A stretch of 56,794 nt of DNA, counting the filler, from Sphacelaria rigidula (lineage: Eukaryota): NCBI GenBank assembly GCA_964200075.2. It is 7 parts of 7 records of this genome, joined end to end, with 100 filler letters (N's around TTAATTAATTAA, not from the genome) between each part and the next. Parts side by side here need not be neighbours in the genome. Positions count along the whole stretch, not along the records: positions 1 to 8,028 come from CAXNAA020012583.1; positions 8,129 to 16,156 come from CAXNAA020012584.1; 5 more parts are not named here. The stretch is one strand, 5' to 3'. Within the stretch, counting starts at the first letter, position 1. Each line of letters begins with the position of its first letter. The position numbers were made by a program, and so were the translations under genes. Under the pieces are notes generated by a model. The model was not told the DNA's origin. It saw nothing but the letters and a program-made list of their open reading frames with translations, and ran no database searches. Below are positions 1 to 12,255 of the stretch, one piece after another.

Positions 1-301
1 GAAGGGGGCAGGAGGGGGGGGGGGGGGGGGAGGGGGGGGGGGTCTTATCTCTTGAGACCACGCACGGGTCCTGAGGTAAAGCAAGGGTTTGAAGTGTTGA
101 CAACAACAAAAAAAATTGGGACGCCGCATATTGTACCGGGGTCGACAGCTCCAACCAGTAAAACTAACCGTCAAATCCGCGTAGGGACGCCTCAGAGTGT
201 TTTTGTCGTTGCCAAAGGCGGCGGAAGATGTAAATAAAAAATAAAAAATAAAAACAGGAACAAGAGACTTGGCATTCAGGCGTCTCGAAGGGTCTCCTTA
301 C

Positions 302-490
302 CTTGGCTGCCCTGTAAACCACCTCGTCTCCCCATTTCCCGCCCTGCTCATAATACGTGGTCGCATTCGTGTACACCTTGAAGATGTCAGAGAACAATGC
401 TTCCACTGTCGGCTGGCGGTGGTGCTTGAGCGATTTCTTGACGGTGTCCATGTCCATCTTGGACTTGACTATGCTGCGATAGTCGCTCAC
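302..490 (-). CDS. Tandem-bromodomain protein, exon E (bromodomain 2); the gene continues beyond the scaffold start
   Basis: ggacag|GTG...AAG|gtaagg. 189 nt reading VSDYRSIVKSKMDMDTVKKSL...LFSDIFKVYTNATTYYEQGG...VVYRAAK, a bromodomain pattern. Confidence 0.9.
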
Positions 491-574
491 CTGTCCACGG
501 GAATATGACCGATATATATACATATATATGTACACACACGGAGACGCATATTAGACAGTTTCAAGGGATGGACA

Positions 575-813
575 AATAATGATTCGTCTGTAAATTACTT
601 GGTTTTAGTATGATGAGTCGACTCGTGACGANNNNNNNNNNCTTTATTTCAGCGTTGCAACCTAGGTACACGCAGCCCAGACACGTGGGATGGCGCAATA
701 GTTGCGTGAATACCCCTCGGACCAGCGAACAACTTTCTTCTCCCTTTTGGGCAATCAGGCCCAGGAAATCGTGAATTTGGTGCTTTTTGAGTCGTGATGA
801 TTTGTCCTAACCG
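575..813 (-). repeat. Dispersed repeat family X (other copies at 4778-5020, 38178-38390, 48581-48667)
   Basis: The reverse complement aligns with the other copies (GGACGAATCATC...CCACGCAACT.TGCGCCATCCCACGTG.CTGGGCTGCG...GCTGAAA). A small N gap interrupts it. Confidence 0.7.
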
Positions 814-1740
814 TGGACAGTTTCGGAACCCTTTTGTGTCAGGGTAACCTTTGTCCAGCGTCAAGGTCGAGAAAAAAACGAAACAACGACGGGCTGTTAC
901 GCTTTTGTCCGCCCTACTTTTGACAACCCAACGACTTCTTTTTCCTCTTCTTCCTCACGCTGACAAGAAAAAAAAAAAAAACTTCACATCTTGTGTCAGG
1001 CTTGAAAAGGAAGTGGTTCATGGGCAGTTGACGGCTTGCCGCAACGGAAGCAGAGGCAGCATAACTTGAGCATTATAGAACCCACAACCATGGACACCTT
1101 TTGTGGCATGGCTAGTGAAACAAGGTATCTCTGGCCATATATGAGACGAAATTGGGAACGATCTCTACTTTGTCGCCACTTGGTACCACCGCATGAATAC
1201 ACGAAGAAATTGTATTATATGAAACGGGAAAGAGGAACCACGTGCGGTATCGATGTGTTTTGCGCCTGCAATCAAGTAAAGGTTGTCTAAAGGTCTGGGA
1301 TAGGCATTCGGCTTTTTCATTCACAATAGATCATTTTCTTCAATCACGATCCCCTCTGTCCATGCGGCCAAAAAAGACCAAGCGCGTTCCGAAACCCTGC
1401 AGTTACATGTGCATCAAAACGAAAATCTGAAGCGCACCACACAAAAGGCAAACACCACAGTAATTCACAGACCACGCGCATGACAACATAGGATGGTTCC
1501 CGACACAATGATGATTACAATAGATGTCAACTTGTCCCACTGCACCACTGGAGCGCTAGCGTTTTGTAGTATGTTCGACATCAATTCCAACCCTGTGGAA
1601 ACACGTTCCTTCCTTGACGCATGTCCCATGTCGTTAAGCGCCATGAGGAACAACAGCTACCCTACAGGCACACAAGGAAACCTACCCACTCCCTACCCCC
1701 ACACACAAACTCACGAAAGCACAAAGCACACAAAACTCAC

Positions 1741-2838
1741 GACAGTGTCCTCCACGGGGCGGTCGAATATCTTGAGCTTGAAGGTCTCGAGATCGCCCGG
1801 CAGCCGGGACTGCTGCAAAGTGTTCACCGCCCTCGTGCACCTAGCCTTCAACTTGGTGACCACTTTCTTCGCCTTTGCCTTACCGTTCGGACCCGCGGTA
1901 TACCCCATCTTACCAGCCTGCGATTCGGACAGAGGTAGCGTCGAGCCAACACGATCCACCACAGCCCCACCCGGGTGCATCGGACCCGACCGTCCTGTAC
2001 CTGGCGCCGCCCCCGCTCCAACCCCGCTCGCCCCACCGGGCGCCGCCGCCCCTACCTCTCCAGCAGGCTTCGCGACAGGCCTGACGGCGGGTTTGTTCGC
2101 TGCCACGGGCACGACCTTCGGCGGCCGGCTCGGATCATTCGTTCTGAACTTCGTCGCAGAGCCCGCGCCCTTTGGCGGTCGTGGCGCTGTTGGCTGCCCG
2201 TCGCCCACCGCCCCCTCTAGCCTCCGTGCCGCCGAGTCGGGTGACTTCTTCCTGGAATCCACGCCGCTGCCGCTACCACCGCCGCCACCACCGCCGCCGA
2301 CCGGGCCAGAAGTTTTTGAGGACGGCGGGAACGTAGCGGCGGCGACCGACTGGGGAGGCGTGGAGGGGCGGCGGGAGTTACCCGTCCGCGAGGTGGCAAC
2401 GGCGTCGGCGGTCACCGATACTGCTGGCCCAGTCTTACCTGCGGCGGCAGCTGGCAGGCCCGCGGTAGCACCCATGCCGGTCGCCGCAGCCGTAGCGGTC
2501 GACGATGGCTGCTTCAGCTTGTTAAGCTTTGGCCCTCCCCCGGCAGTCCCGCCCACCGCTGCGGCCGCCACCGCGTTGCTGGCGGCGGCGACGGGGGCTT
2601 GGCCTGACCCTGCGCTAGACCCCGTGGCAACACTGGGCTTGTTGCCCGAGCGTGGCGTGCTTTTAGATATTTTGCGGCTGGTGTTTTTTGACGACGTCTT
2701 CGCTCCTGGGTTCCTCGGAATAAGCGATTTCGCGCTGGCAGCTGTCGGCGTGGCCGTGAGGGACTTTGGATGCGCGTGGGCCTTGTGCGGCTTCGATGGC
2801 CCTAGTGACGGCCGCTTCTCCATGCGGCTCAGACTGTA
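1741..2838 (-). CDS. Tandem-bromodomain protein, exon D (long Ala/Ser/Pro/Lys/Gly-rich linker and start of bromodomain 2)
   Basis: cctcag|TAC...GTC|gtgagt. GC-rich open frame of 1098 nt (366 codons) ending KLKIFDRPVEDTV, which joins VSDYRSIV in the next exon. Confidence 0.88.
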
Positions 2839-4112
2839 CTGAGGCAGAAGGATCTTCACATTCTGTTACGGAAGGTTTGGGGATGATATTGGGGCCGAGT
2901 GGGCGTGGGCAGGAAGATCAAGACTGGAAATGCACTTACAGCGCTCGTGCACAAAGGCGCGGAATTCGAGCGTTCGTTGACGGGCCAATCCGGGCGGTTG
3001 ACCGGGGTTCAGCAAACCACACTGAGACCACTCGAACAACAGAATAGGCGAAAAAAATCTACGAGCTTGGTCAGCCCACACACGGATCTGTACGTACATC
3101 TGTATTTAGCAGCTCACTTCTGAGAATTGCGCTTTGGAACTTGGTCAGGAGTGTCGCAGGGACACTGCGAAAACAACGATCGTCGGTCGTTTTTTTTTCT
3201 CCATGGATAAAGGGCGTGTCATAGCACATTGTTTTTTCGATCCAACCCGTGCGATCCATTTTTTTCTTCGATCTGATACGCTCACCGCATTCATAACTAG
3301 TGGCGCGCGGAGAAGTGATAGCTTGTTCTATCGAAAACCTGCGGTCGAAAGGCACGGAGCGGCACTTGACTCCGATCTTACAGGCCACCACGCCAGATAC
3401 CACCACTTCACAGAACCATACAAACTCCACACAACCCAAGGTACGCAAGGGTCGGGGACCCCGGGTTACCAGTGAAGCCACAGCACCGACTACCGCAGGG
3501 TACACGGAGTATCGACAGGCCAAACACACACGGAGTAGTACTACAGAGTACCCAAGGTATCGACTCCCGATTCACTGAGCATCAAAGTGTACCGAAGGGG
3601 TCCGTCCCATGGTGCGGTTCTCTTTACAGTGCGTTTCCCCACCCCAGTGCGGCCGCAATCACTCGTCACAAGCCCGATTTGATGTATCATCACCAAGCAA
3701 TTGCACAGTATAAAAAGCCACGACAGTCAGAAGTTCAGCAGTAGTGCGGTCATGCCGAGCCGGCAACCCGCTGTGACCCCCACTGTAACCCGGGTATCGA
3801 CGGCCGGAATACTGAGTACTCCCTCCACCTAGGGCCGAAGCTCATAAGCGCAGGGCGGCGAGTGCACTGCGCCAAGTTGACGCGAGATTTTACTGGGTTC
3901 GACCCCCACACTGCCTTGAGCAAAGCCTTTCGAACGCTCGAAGCAGCTACGCTACATGACTGATGCGAGGCGGTCTAGTTCAGCCTCCGGGTAATTGACG
4001 CACGAACCCGTTGACGGGGTACGGGGAAGTGTTGGGGGAGGTTTCCTCCTTCCTTCAAGATATATATATGTACATATAAACTGAGTAATCCAGGGTATCT
4101 GAAACAGTACAC

Positions 4113-4235
4113 CATACCCGCACCCGTACATGCACGTGTACCCGTATCCGTACATGTACCCGAAGTCGCACCCGTACTCGAAGTCGTACCCGTACACATA
4201 CCCGTTGTCGTACCGGTACCCGGAGTCGTACCCAT
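4113..4235. repeat. Degenerate (ACCCGT)n hexamer repeat; a similar array lies at 38026-38085
   Basis: Tandem tacccg/cacccg units. Confidence 0.7.
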
Positions 4236-4273
4236 AGCCCCACCCCGAGGATGTTATGACAATTCAAACTCAC

Positions 4274-4361
4274 CAACTCCAGAGTCTCCCCGACCAACTT
4301 CGCGTTGGCAAGCGCCCCCGCGACTGTCTCCTTGTCCAGATTTTTGTTGTCAGCGTAGTAT
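4274..4361 (-). CDS. Tandem-bromodomain protein, exon C (end of bromodomain 1)
   Basis: gtctag|A TAC TAC...TTG|gtgagt. 88 nt reading (R)YYADNKNLDKETVAGALANAKLVGETLEL. Phases are consistent on both sides. Confidence 0.85.
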
Positions 4362-4777
4362 CTAGACACACACACACACACGCACACACACGAAGGAGGG
4401 AAAACGCCGTCATAAGCACAGGGTAAGACATAATCAACCGCTCACCAATCGCTCCATCGAACACATTGTCACATTGGCCCCGACACATTAGCCAGCATCG
4501 GCAGTGCAGGATGACGTTCAAACTACCGTTATAGGTGTTACAGGGAGGGTACAACACGGGATGATACAATATAGCTCGGCTCTCGCTTTCCCCTCCATTT
4601 AAAGACCCAGTTTCCTCGAGTTTGTTCCTTAAGCGCGTGTTTCCGTTTATTCACCTTGTGTTCAAGACTCACTTGTCGAAATGGGGAGGCGGGTGATGTT
4701 GCTTGGTTGTGTCTTTGCCGCAAGAGTTTTTTTTTTCTTTCACAAAAGTCGTCCTTCTGTGACGAACTTTTCCACGA

Positions 4778-5020
4778 TTCGGACGAATCATCGCCGGTTC
4801 GAATCACCACATCCACGATCTTTCAAGCCTGATTGCTCAAAGAAAACAAAAAAAAGGTGGCCGCTGATCAGGAACGTCTCCACGCAACTTCTGCGCCATC
4901 CCACGTGCCTGGGCTGCGCTTAACTTGGGTTGCAGCGCTGAAAACAAAGCCCAAGGATTGATTCGTACGGTATGATTCCATCAAACATCAACCAAGCAAT
5001 TTCCAGACGAATCATTCATT
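4778..5020 (+). repeat. Dispersed repeat family X, intronic copy
   Basis: Visible similarity to 575-813 (inverted) and to 38178-38390. Confidence 0.7.
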
Positions 5021-6070
5021 TATCCGAGCCTCAAATTTTTCCACGGAGTAGGTTATTTCGTAGGCGAAGAAAACAAATAGATAACCAGATGAAAAAGAGC
5101 ACACACCTATGAAAGTACGGATCGGATCAAGCTACGAACACACCCAAGCTCGTCTAACCTACTGAGGACAAAACGAACCACTGCATGCATCACTGTTGCA
5201 TTGCGAACACCAGTGAGGCTAGATAGATGGGACAGATATCCTTCATGCTACTAATAATACTGACTCCAGAAATGTCGCGGTTTGAATTGAAACCCATCCA
5301 CGCCCTAAACAAAAGATCACGGTGTTAAAAAGTGTATACTGCGTACAGTATCGACTACTGCGTCTACTGCAATAATAGGGAATACATTCCATACTGTAGG
5401 CAGTACATCTATTCAAAATACAATCCATTGTCATCATCCAAGATGTGAGCCCATCCCAGAAGCCTCAACACGCGAGTCATACTACGGTACGGGTTGCACA
5501 TTCGGGCTCAAAATCTTTATAAAGTAACTCTGGGGCTCCTGAACCCTAAGGCACACAAGACCATGGGTCAGGACATTCATACCCATTCAAGAATTCCAAG
5601 GGCAGGTCGAGTGAGTATCCTCAATATTCGGTACTTTCGAAAAGCCATACTTTCAGTGCTCAAATTTTGAGGACAGTATTTGAGGTCGTGCTCAATATAC
5701 CCGGAGATTGAGTAGAGTAAATACTCGGGTATTTTACTCGAGTATTCAAAAGTACGTACTCTACTCGATCCGCCCTTGAAGAATTCATTCGGGATACCTT
5801 CCGAGCCCCCTTTGAAAGCTCATCCTGGCGTGCTCTCACGAACAGTACTTCATACGTCGGGGTTTTTTGGATGAAATAGAGGGTTCCTGACAATTTTAAT
5901 CTCAGCAAGTATGTGTACATTCCTACCGTAACAGCACTCACGAACACCGCTCAGCACGCTTCGAAGATGGATTGACCAATACACAGTATTTTCTCTTGTG
6001 ACATACAATATTGATAGTTTGATCGAATCCTTGCCTATTCATTCATATTTTGGCAAAAGCCAACCCTCAC

Positions 6071-6183
6071 CTTTTACAATTGTCGACCATAAGTCGTAGA
6101 TCGGCCACCATCCCCCCGGCGTCTTCATAGTCCCCGCCTAGCAGCTTGTATACCACGGTGGCCATGTCCATCGGATGCCTCAC
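6071..6183 (-). CDS. Tandem-bromodomain protein, exon B (bromodomain 1, helices A-B)
   Basis: gtggcag|GTG...AAAAG|gtgagg. Reads VRHPMDMATVVYKLLGGDYEDAGGMVADLRLMVDNCK(R), matching PMDLxTV...Y...DxxLMxxNC. The phase-2 end matches the next exon. Confidence 0.9.
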
Positions 6184-6591
6184 CTGCCACATTCCCCGAC
6201 AGGAGCAACAACACCATACACACGCTACAAGTATCGCACTCGCACGACAGAGATCGATTATCCGCAAATCAAAGATACTGATGTCGGTGTAGATCGTACT
6301 GGCACACTCGTGAGTCAGAGTACATCACTCGTGGATCATTTTTGATTGATTGATTGATTGTCCCACTTCAACTGACCCCCCATGGGTCCAGCCGTGGTCG
6401 CATGCATGATAGACGTACCCAAGAAAAGCAAAACTCAAACACTCGCTAAAGAAAAGAAGAAACAGGAGGAAAAAAAAAGTCGAACAGAACGACACAGAAG
6501 ACTAAAACGTAAATAAAATATAATAATAAAAATTATGAAAAATTAAAAAAAAAAGGTCAACAAAAGCAAAGCACAGAAAGAAATCATATAG

Positions 6592-6740
6592 AGAGCAATG
6601 CCACTGTGGGGGTTCACTTCTTTTTTTTTCATTAGGCTTTTTACTGTGGGAGCCTGTCGATGACAAATATATGGATATTAGTGTCGAGCCTTATAAAACT
6701 TTCGGACTGAAACGTACACCCCCTACTGTGGCATTACTCT
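6592..6740. mobile_element. Small intronic MITE-like element
   Basis: Imperfect ~25-bp TIRs AGAGCAATGCCACTGTGGGGG / CCCCCTACTGTGGCATTACTCT. No clear TSD. Confidence 0.5.
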
Positions 6741-7772
6741 ACACTGCTTGTAGTGTATACGTTTCTGGCACCCGTAAGACAGTCGATCATCCACAGATCA
6801 AAAACACTCATCAGTGTACCCTGCTCTAGTACAAGTACATCAGAACATGATCAGTCACGTACCGCAAAATGCCGCATCCAGTGTATACGCTGTTCTGGAA
6901 CCCGTACGTCAGAATAGATCATGCACGCGTAAAATGTCGAATCTAATGTACAATGTTCCGGAACACGTCCGTCAGAATAGACCAATCATCACGGATCAAA
7001 TGTATTGATTCTAGTATAAAATGTGCAGTGGCACGCACGCATATATACATCAGAACATATCCGCCACGAATCAAACACATCGATTACATTAAATACACGA
7101 TGAACGCCTCCCCAACATCATCATGCGTGGAGCGACGGTCGGACTAGCAAGACGCCTACACCACTGTACTGTGTCACGGAATACTGTTCCAACTTCGGAA
7201 TTAACGCAACATTGTGGACGCAGGTTAGGCTTCTACTCATTATGCTAGCACGGTTATACGAAAAAGTGACCCACCATTATTCTCGAGATGAATGATTTTC
7301 AAAAACTGTGCTGGCATAATAGGTAGAAGCCCACCGCAGGTTGCCCAACATGTTTGCGAATAGTACCGAATCTTAGAGGAGGGGCCTAAGATGTGCATGG
7401 CAGCCTGAACCAAAGGATGCCATGCTGAGCATTTGTTTCCTGTGCTACCGATAGAGTTAGTTCCCCCAGTGTCTATCGAGGACCTCCGAAAAGTAACCAG
7501 CAGCTCGTCGCGTAGCTGCTCGACGACACTTGAAAGCAATATTAAACCCTTGGCATCCGGAGGCGGTTCATTCGTAAGACCGCATCATTTCCATTCCCTT
7601 TCAGCGAAAAACAATGCCGATTCAGAAGTGGACCACGTTCGGAGGTCAAAGGGTTAAGAAACCGTTCCGAAAAAAAGCATGCCCTTGGCCAAGCCTTGGC
7701 CGCACTAATCAACACGTGATGTTCTCTTCGTCAACAACCATGCGTTCGCTCATCCATTCATTCGGCAGATAC

Positions 7773-7872
7773 CTTTTCGGCATAGTCCGCCGGCTCTTCC
7801 TGCGGTGCACCGAGATAGTAGATCTTCAGCGGATACGAGAGGTAGTAGATTGGCGTTGTCAACGCGTACAGC
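7773..7872 (-). CDS. Tandem-bromodomain protein, exon A (most 5' exon visible; ZA loop of bromodomain 1)
   Basis: Acceptor ggacag|G and donor AAG|gtatct. 100 nt reading (R)LYALTTPIYYLSYPLKIYYLGAPQEEPADYAEK. It splices in phase 0 to VRHPMDM, giving the bromodomain motif PADYAEKVRHPMDM. Confidence 0.8.
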
Positions 7873-7926
7873 CTGTCCAAAAGCTATACAGATGGGGAGG
7901 GCAGAAACGGGCGGAAACGGGCATAC

Positions 7927-8028
7927 GGGGGGGGGGGTTACTCATGATGTTGCATGCCGTAGTCATAAGATCATTGACCTCGCATCCCTGCAAACCCGGG
8001 ACGGAGCCCGCCGGCTTTTCGCTGGACC
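7927..8028 (-). mobile_element. 3' end of an RTEX-like LINE subfamily at the scaffold end
   Basis: The minus strand reads GCEVNDLMTTACNI and ends in ATGAGTA plus a C-rich tail, like the LINE 3' ends at 32850 and 39320. A similar copy lies at 40425-40540. Confidence 0.55.
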
Positions 8029-8128
8029 NNNNNNNNNNNNNNNNNNNNNNNNNNNNNNNNNNNNNNNNNNNNTTAATTAATTAANNNNNNNNNNNNNNNN
8101 NNNNNNNNNNNNNNNNNNNNNNNNNNNN
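8029..8128. other. Artificial scaffold spacer (N44-TTAATTAATTAA-N44); also at 16157-16256, 24285-24384, 32413-32512, 40541-40640, 48668-48767
   Basis: Identical six-frame-stop linker recurring every 8128/8127 nt. Confidence 0.97.
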
Positions 8129-9560
8129 TTTTGTGCAAAATACGGGAGGAAAAGGCGAACCTAAAGAAACGATCGACGTGTTGATATGTTCGGCATCCAA
8201 ATATTGAAATTCGACGCATGCTGCCGACGTTCTCTGCTGTTGATAGTGAAAAACGTTGGGGAAAAAAAAAGAGTGCGTGTATTCGAGTTTGCGTATTTTC
8301 GACGTTCGGCGCGTTTTTTTCCTCAATGAGTGCGCAGCAGGCAGAATCGAGGTACGCGCTCATTCGATCGAAGCACTCAGAATAATGGCCGTGAGAATAA
8401 ACATAACCAATGCAACACTTGACCGCTGTGATCAATTGCCTCTTGCACGATGACGAAAGAAATTCGTCAAGACAGCTGCATCACCGCAGGTCGCCGCTGC
8501 TATGATGTCAAATCACACACTGTACATCATGTGTCCACTGCTGTAAACTGTAAACTAAGGTAGCTTGCATAATATACCACACGCTCCGGAGCGATTTTCA
8601 AAGCTCGATTACTCCGCGACGAAGAGGGTGTCAGCGTCAAACAACACGTTTGGGGAAGCTCTCGACGAGATGGTTGCAACGCTGCCCACTTCAGCCCCGA
8701 CATCGTTCCTGGTGAGGAGTAAATGAGCTTTGAAAACCAGACTAGGGGATGTGTGCAACCTACAAAAAAATAGTAAGTGAGGGTGCAAGTGTGCCAGTGT
8801 ACCGCTCGGTCTTGTACACTCGCAATACCAAAACAGCCGTATCGTATCGAATATCGAATATCGATACTTGTAAGTATCGTGTCAGTTTCATAATATCGAC
8901 AAGAATATCGTGGTCCTCGAAGCACGCGGTCCTCTCACGCATTACTCTGCTGTACACACAACCGTACGGTGTTCCAAACGTTATATCACGGCAACAATAG
9001 ATCTGCATGTCTTCGACGTGTCGCCAGAAAATATTGTACCGAAACGAGGCCCGGGGCCCGAAGCGTTGACAGCGGACATACAGGAAACTGCGATTGGGTC
9101 GCACATACCTTGGGCAAGAGTTCGCTTCCCACAGAATGATGAATACACCATGAGTAACAACGGCATAGTATGGCCCCGTGCACACTAGCCTGTAGCTGTA
9201 TAGCACTGGTCAGGACACACAATACAGCTGATGCTATGGGGGGTTCGGGCCAATTTGTGTTGGATCGAATTCGGTGTTTTGAATTACAGTTTGGCCACGC
9301 GTCACAAACAGTCATTTTCTGGACGTCGAAGCAGTCAAATGTGTACGACCCTGCTGCAGTGTAGACTGAGCGACGCACTGTCACCACTTTAGACCCGATG
9401 GACCAATGGCATGCTGATAGGTGTGGTCGGGGTAGCGTTTGGCGATCCACGTGTCTCCCCCGGCGTTTGTTTTGCGCAAAACGTCATAGGCAGCGACTTT
9501 CGAGCCTGCGGTCACATTCACCATGCCGGTGCTGCATTTTGCAATGAGTAACTGGCGTAC

Positions 9561-9602
9561 TGGACTAGACTGGACTGAACTGGACTGGACTGGACTGGAC
9601 TG
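9561..9602. repeat. (GGACT)n microsatellite
   Basis: About 8 imperfect tandem pentamers. Confidence 0.85.
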
Positions 9603-10939
9603 AACGTTCCCGGGGGGATATCGCCATGCAGCAGCGGATACCCATCGACTGGAGGAAGCATATGCTACGGCGAAATATCGAAAGGTGCACTCGACGGCGC
9701 GGTGTGATGGACGGTCGTTGACGAGCGGTGGGTACGCTGCACCCTACCAAGCGAGAAAAATAAAGGCAAGAACCGGGTCAGCGTGCGATAAGGAACCACC
9801 TTTAAACTGTTCAAAGGTACGTTGGACGGGTACCAGCTGCAATACAGTATGCCGTACATTGTCGGCCTCAGTGTGTTCCCGTTGGAAATTCTCTTTCCCA
9901 TTATTCAGGATCCCCTGTTCTTTGTCAAGTGGCTCAGCAAGCGATGTCGGGATGATGCTTGCCGGAAAACGACAACAATGGACTACACGAGAGCTAGGGC
10001 AAGAAGAAAGAGGGCGACGCACTTGGAAAGAGTACACGCAACTGCGATGATCGATACTGACGGCTGCACAGTACCACTGCAGTTGACCAAGCCGACGAGA
10101 GCCTTTGCGTGGGCTTTTCCGAGTGTAGTTGCCTAGATGATAGGCCAGGGATTTGAAGGGGAAGCAGGGTACAGCATGATGGAAGGCCGCGTGATGATAA
10201 AGGAGCAACGATCGACCTTGCAAACGCTCCGCCCATTTATGCGCAAGAGAACCTCACTTGTTGACCCCCGTCTGCCCCAAACGTTCCCTCCTAAATGTAG
10301 GGCACTATGCCTTCCTTGACGAGAAGATCATTGCGGTTATCACCGTCGTGTATGACGCACGCCATGGTTTTGTATAGAAGTGCGGCATCCCCTCGACCGT
10401 AGAGTAGTTTATAGTCTGGTGATAGCTCTTTCTTGCTGTATAGCAATGTGAGGAAAGTATAGCAATGTGAGGAAAGTAGGAGCACCTTGTATGTGCTGCA
10501 GTATAGCTAGATGCTGGCTCGGTAAGCGGGTGCACAAGGTAGCTGTACCGGTGTTGGCTTTGCTTTGCGATTTCATGCTGCTTGTAAATATCACGAGGAT
10601 GAACGTGCACCTGCAGTTTCTCCTTGTGATCGAGGCTGCCGACTTCAGTACAAACGCGACAATAATAGAAGCTGCTAGGACCGCGACCTGTACTTGGGGA
10701 TGTAGGGGTGATCCGGAGGAGGAAAATAGAAGCGATACAATGAAGACACAAAGTACGGAGTACGCACCCTTCCCCAACACCCAAAGCGATAGCTTGACCA
10801 CGTCCTTCACTGCCACCGTCTGTATCGTAGCGAAGAAAAAATCTCGCCAGCATCGCGAATCCCACCAGCATCGCGACGAGCTTGAGGGCTCGGCTGGTGC
10901 GACCCCAACACCCACGCACAGATCGACATCGCATAGCAG

Positions 10940-12255
10940 GTGGGGCATGACGCGCGGGAAGCCGCGGAGGCAACCTCAACCATCGCTCTAGAACACTGTT
11001 CTCGCGGCCAACCAAATACTCAAGCAGCTCAAGGGAACAGCAAGGAGCCGCAGTTGTAACGTTCCTGGACAGCCACGAAAGACAAGCTGAGCGCCTCCGG
11101 GCTAAAGGTGGTCAGAAAGGCCCACACGCACACCTCAAGGAGGTAAACCTAATGAGATCAAAGAAGTAGTGTCGATCCCAACATATCAAGGACAAAAAGG
11201 GCAACTCCTTGACAGTTTCGGCGGACACCCTCAAGAGATGGGGCAGGTACTCCCACAAGCTACTGAACGCGAAGGTTGACTGTCGACCCCAGCACCGTAC
11301 GCAGATATCACAAATACCAGTCCAGATATCGCTCGCGGTGGCGGCGCCGACCATCGGAGATACCGGAAACGCCGCAGGCATGTTTACGAACCGGAAGGCA
11401 ACTGAAGCTGATCATCTGCAGGCTCAACTGCTGAAACTAGGCATGAGAGCGAACTATATCACCCTGCAGAAGTTTCACGAACTGTCGTCGAGATGTGAGA
11501 AGACACCCCCCCGGTTGTGGGAGACGCTGTCATCGGGGTCATACACAAGAAGGACCAAAGTGGGTGCAGCAACTACGGAGGCATATCACTAATGGTACAC
11601 GCAGGCAAAGTCCTGCTGAAGAGTGTCGCGAATCGGCTTAGCGCACACCTAGAGCTGAAGACACTCCTCCCGCAAGAACGATTTGGGTTCCTCCCCCAAC
11701 ACCCGACCTACGATGTGATATTCGTAATGCGAAGACTTCAGGGACTCGCTAGAGCCCGAAAACCCCGCTTTACATGTGTTTTATTAAAAGCGTATGACTC
11801 GGTCGACCGCATCCTTATCTGGACCGTGCTTGCACAGTTCGGGATGCCCGGGAAGAAGATCGTAGTCATTCGTCGATTCCACGGCGGGATGGGGGGCTGT
11901 CTACGTATGGATGACGGCAAGTCATCAGACCGGGTAAAACTTGAACAGGGATTGCAACAGAAATGTGTACTGGCCCCACTACTGTTCAACAAATCTCTCA
12001 CCATTGTCCTGAAAACGGCGACGAGAGCGCCTGCAAAACGTCATAATATTGGCGACATGGTGCGAATCACGTACGTGAAAAAGAGGGAGGGAAGAGGGAA
12101 GATGAGGAGAGGCCTCAGGAAAGGAAAGGTAGCACCGGGCCAAGACGACCAAGAGAAACTGGCTGAACAGTCCCAAGAAATGGCAGGTGGGGAAAAGAAG
12201 ATATATAAGGCACTGCAGCAACAGCTGTGGGCTATGCTGTACGCCGATGGCGCTG
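10940..12255 (+). mobile_element. Decayed RTE-clade LINE, reverse-transcriptase region
   Basis: Frameshifted ORFs give KRWGRYSHKLLNAK, IHKKDQSGCSNYGGISL..HAGKVLLK..ANRL, ERFGF, LLKAYDSVDR, RRFHGGM, GLQQKCVLAPLLFN and LWAMLYADG (mutated YADD). Confidence 0.9.

Noticed and set aside
1493-2842. 449-aa plus-strand ORF
   Set aside because: Antisense shadow of the GC-rich bromodomain-gene exon; splice sites and domain motifs support the minus strand.
3830-3915. Possible tRNA gene (GGGTTCGACCCC B-box-like)
   Set aside because: No convincing A box or cloverleaf.
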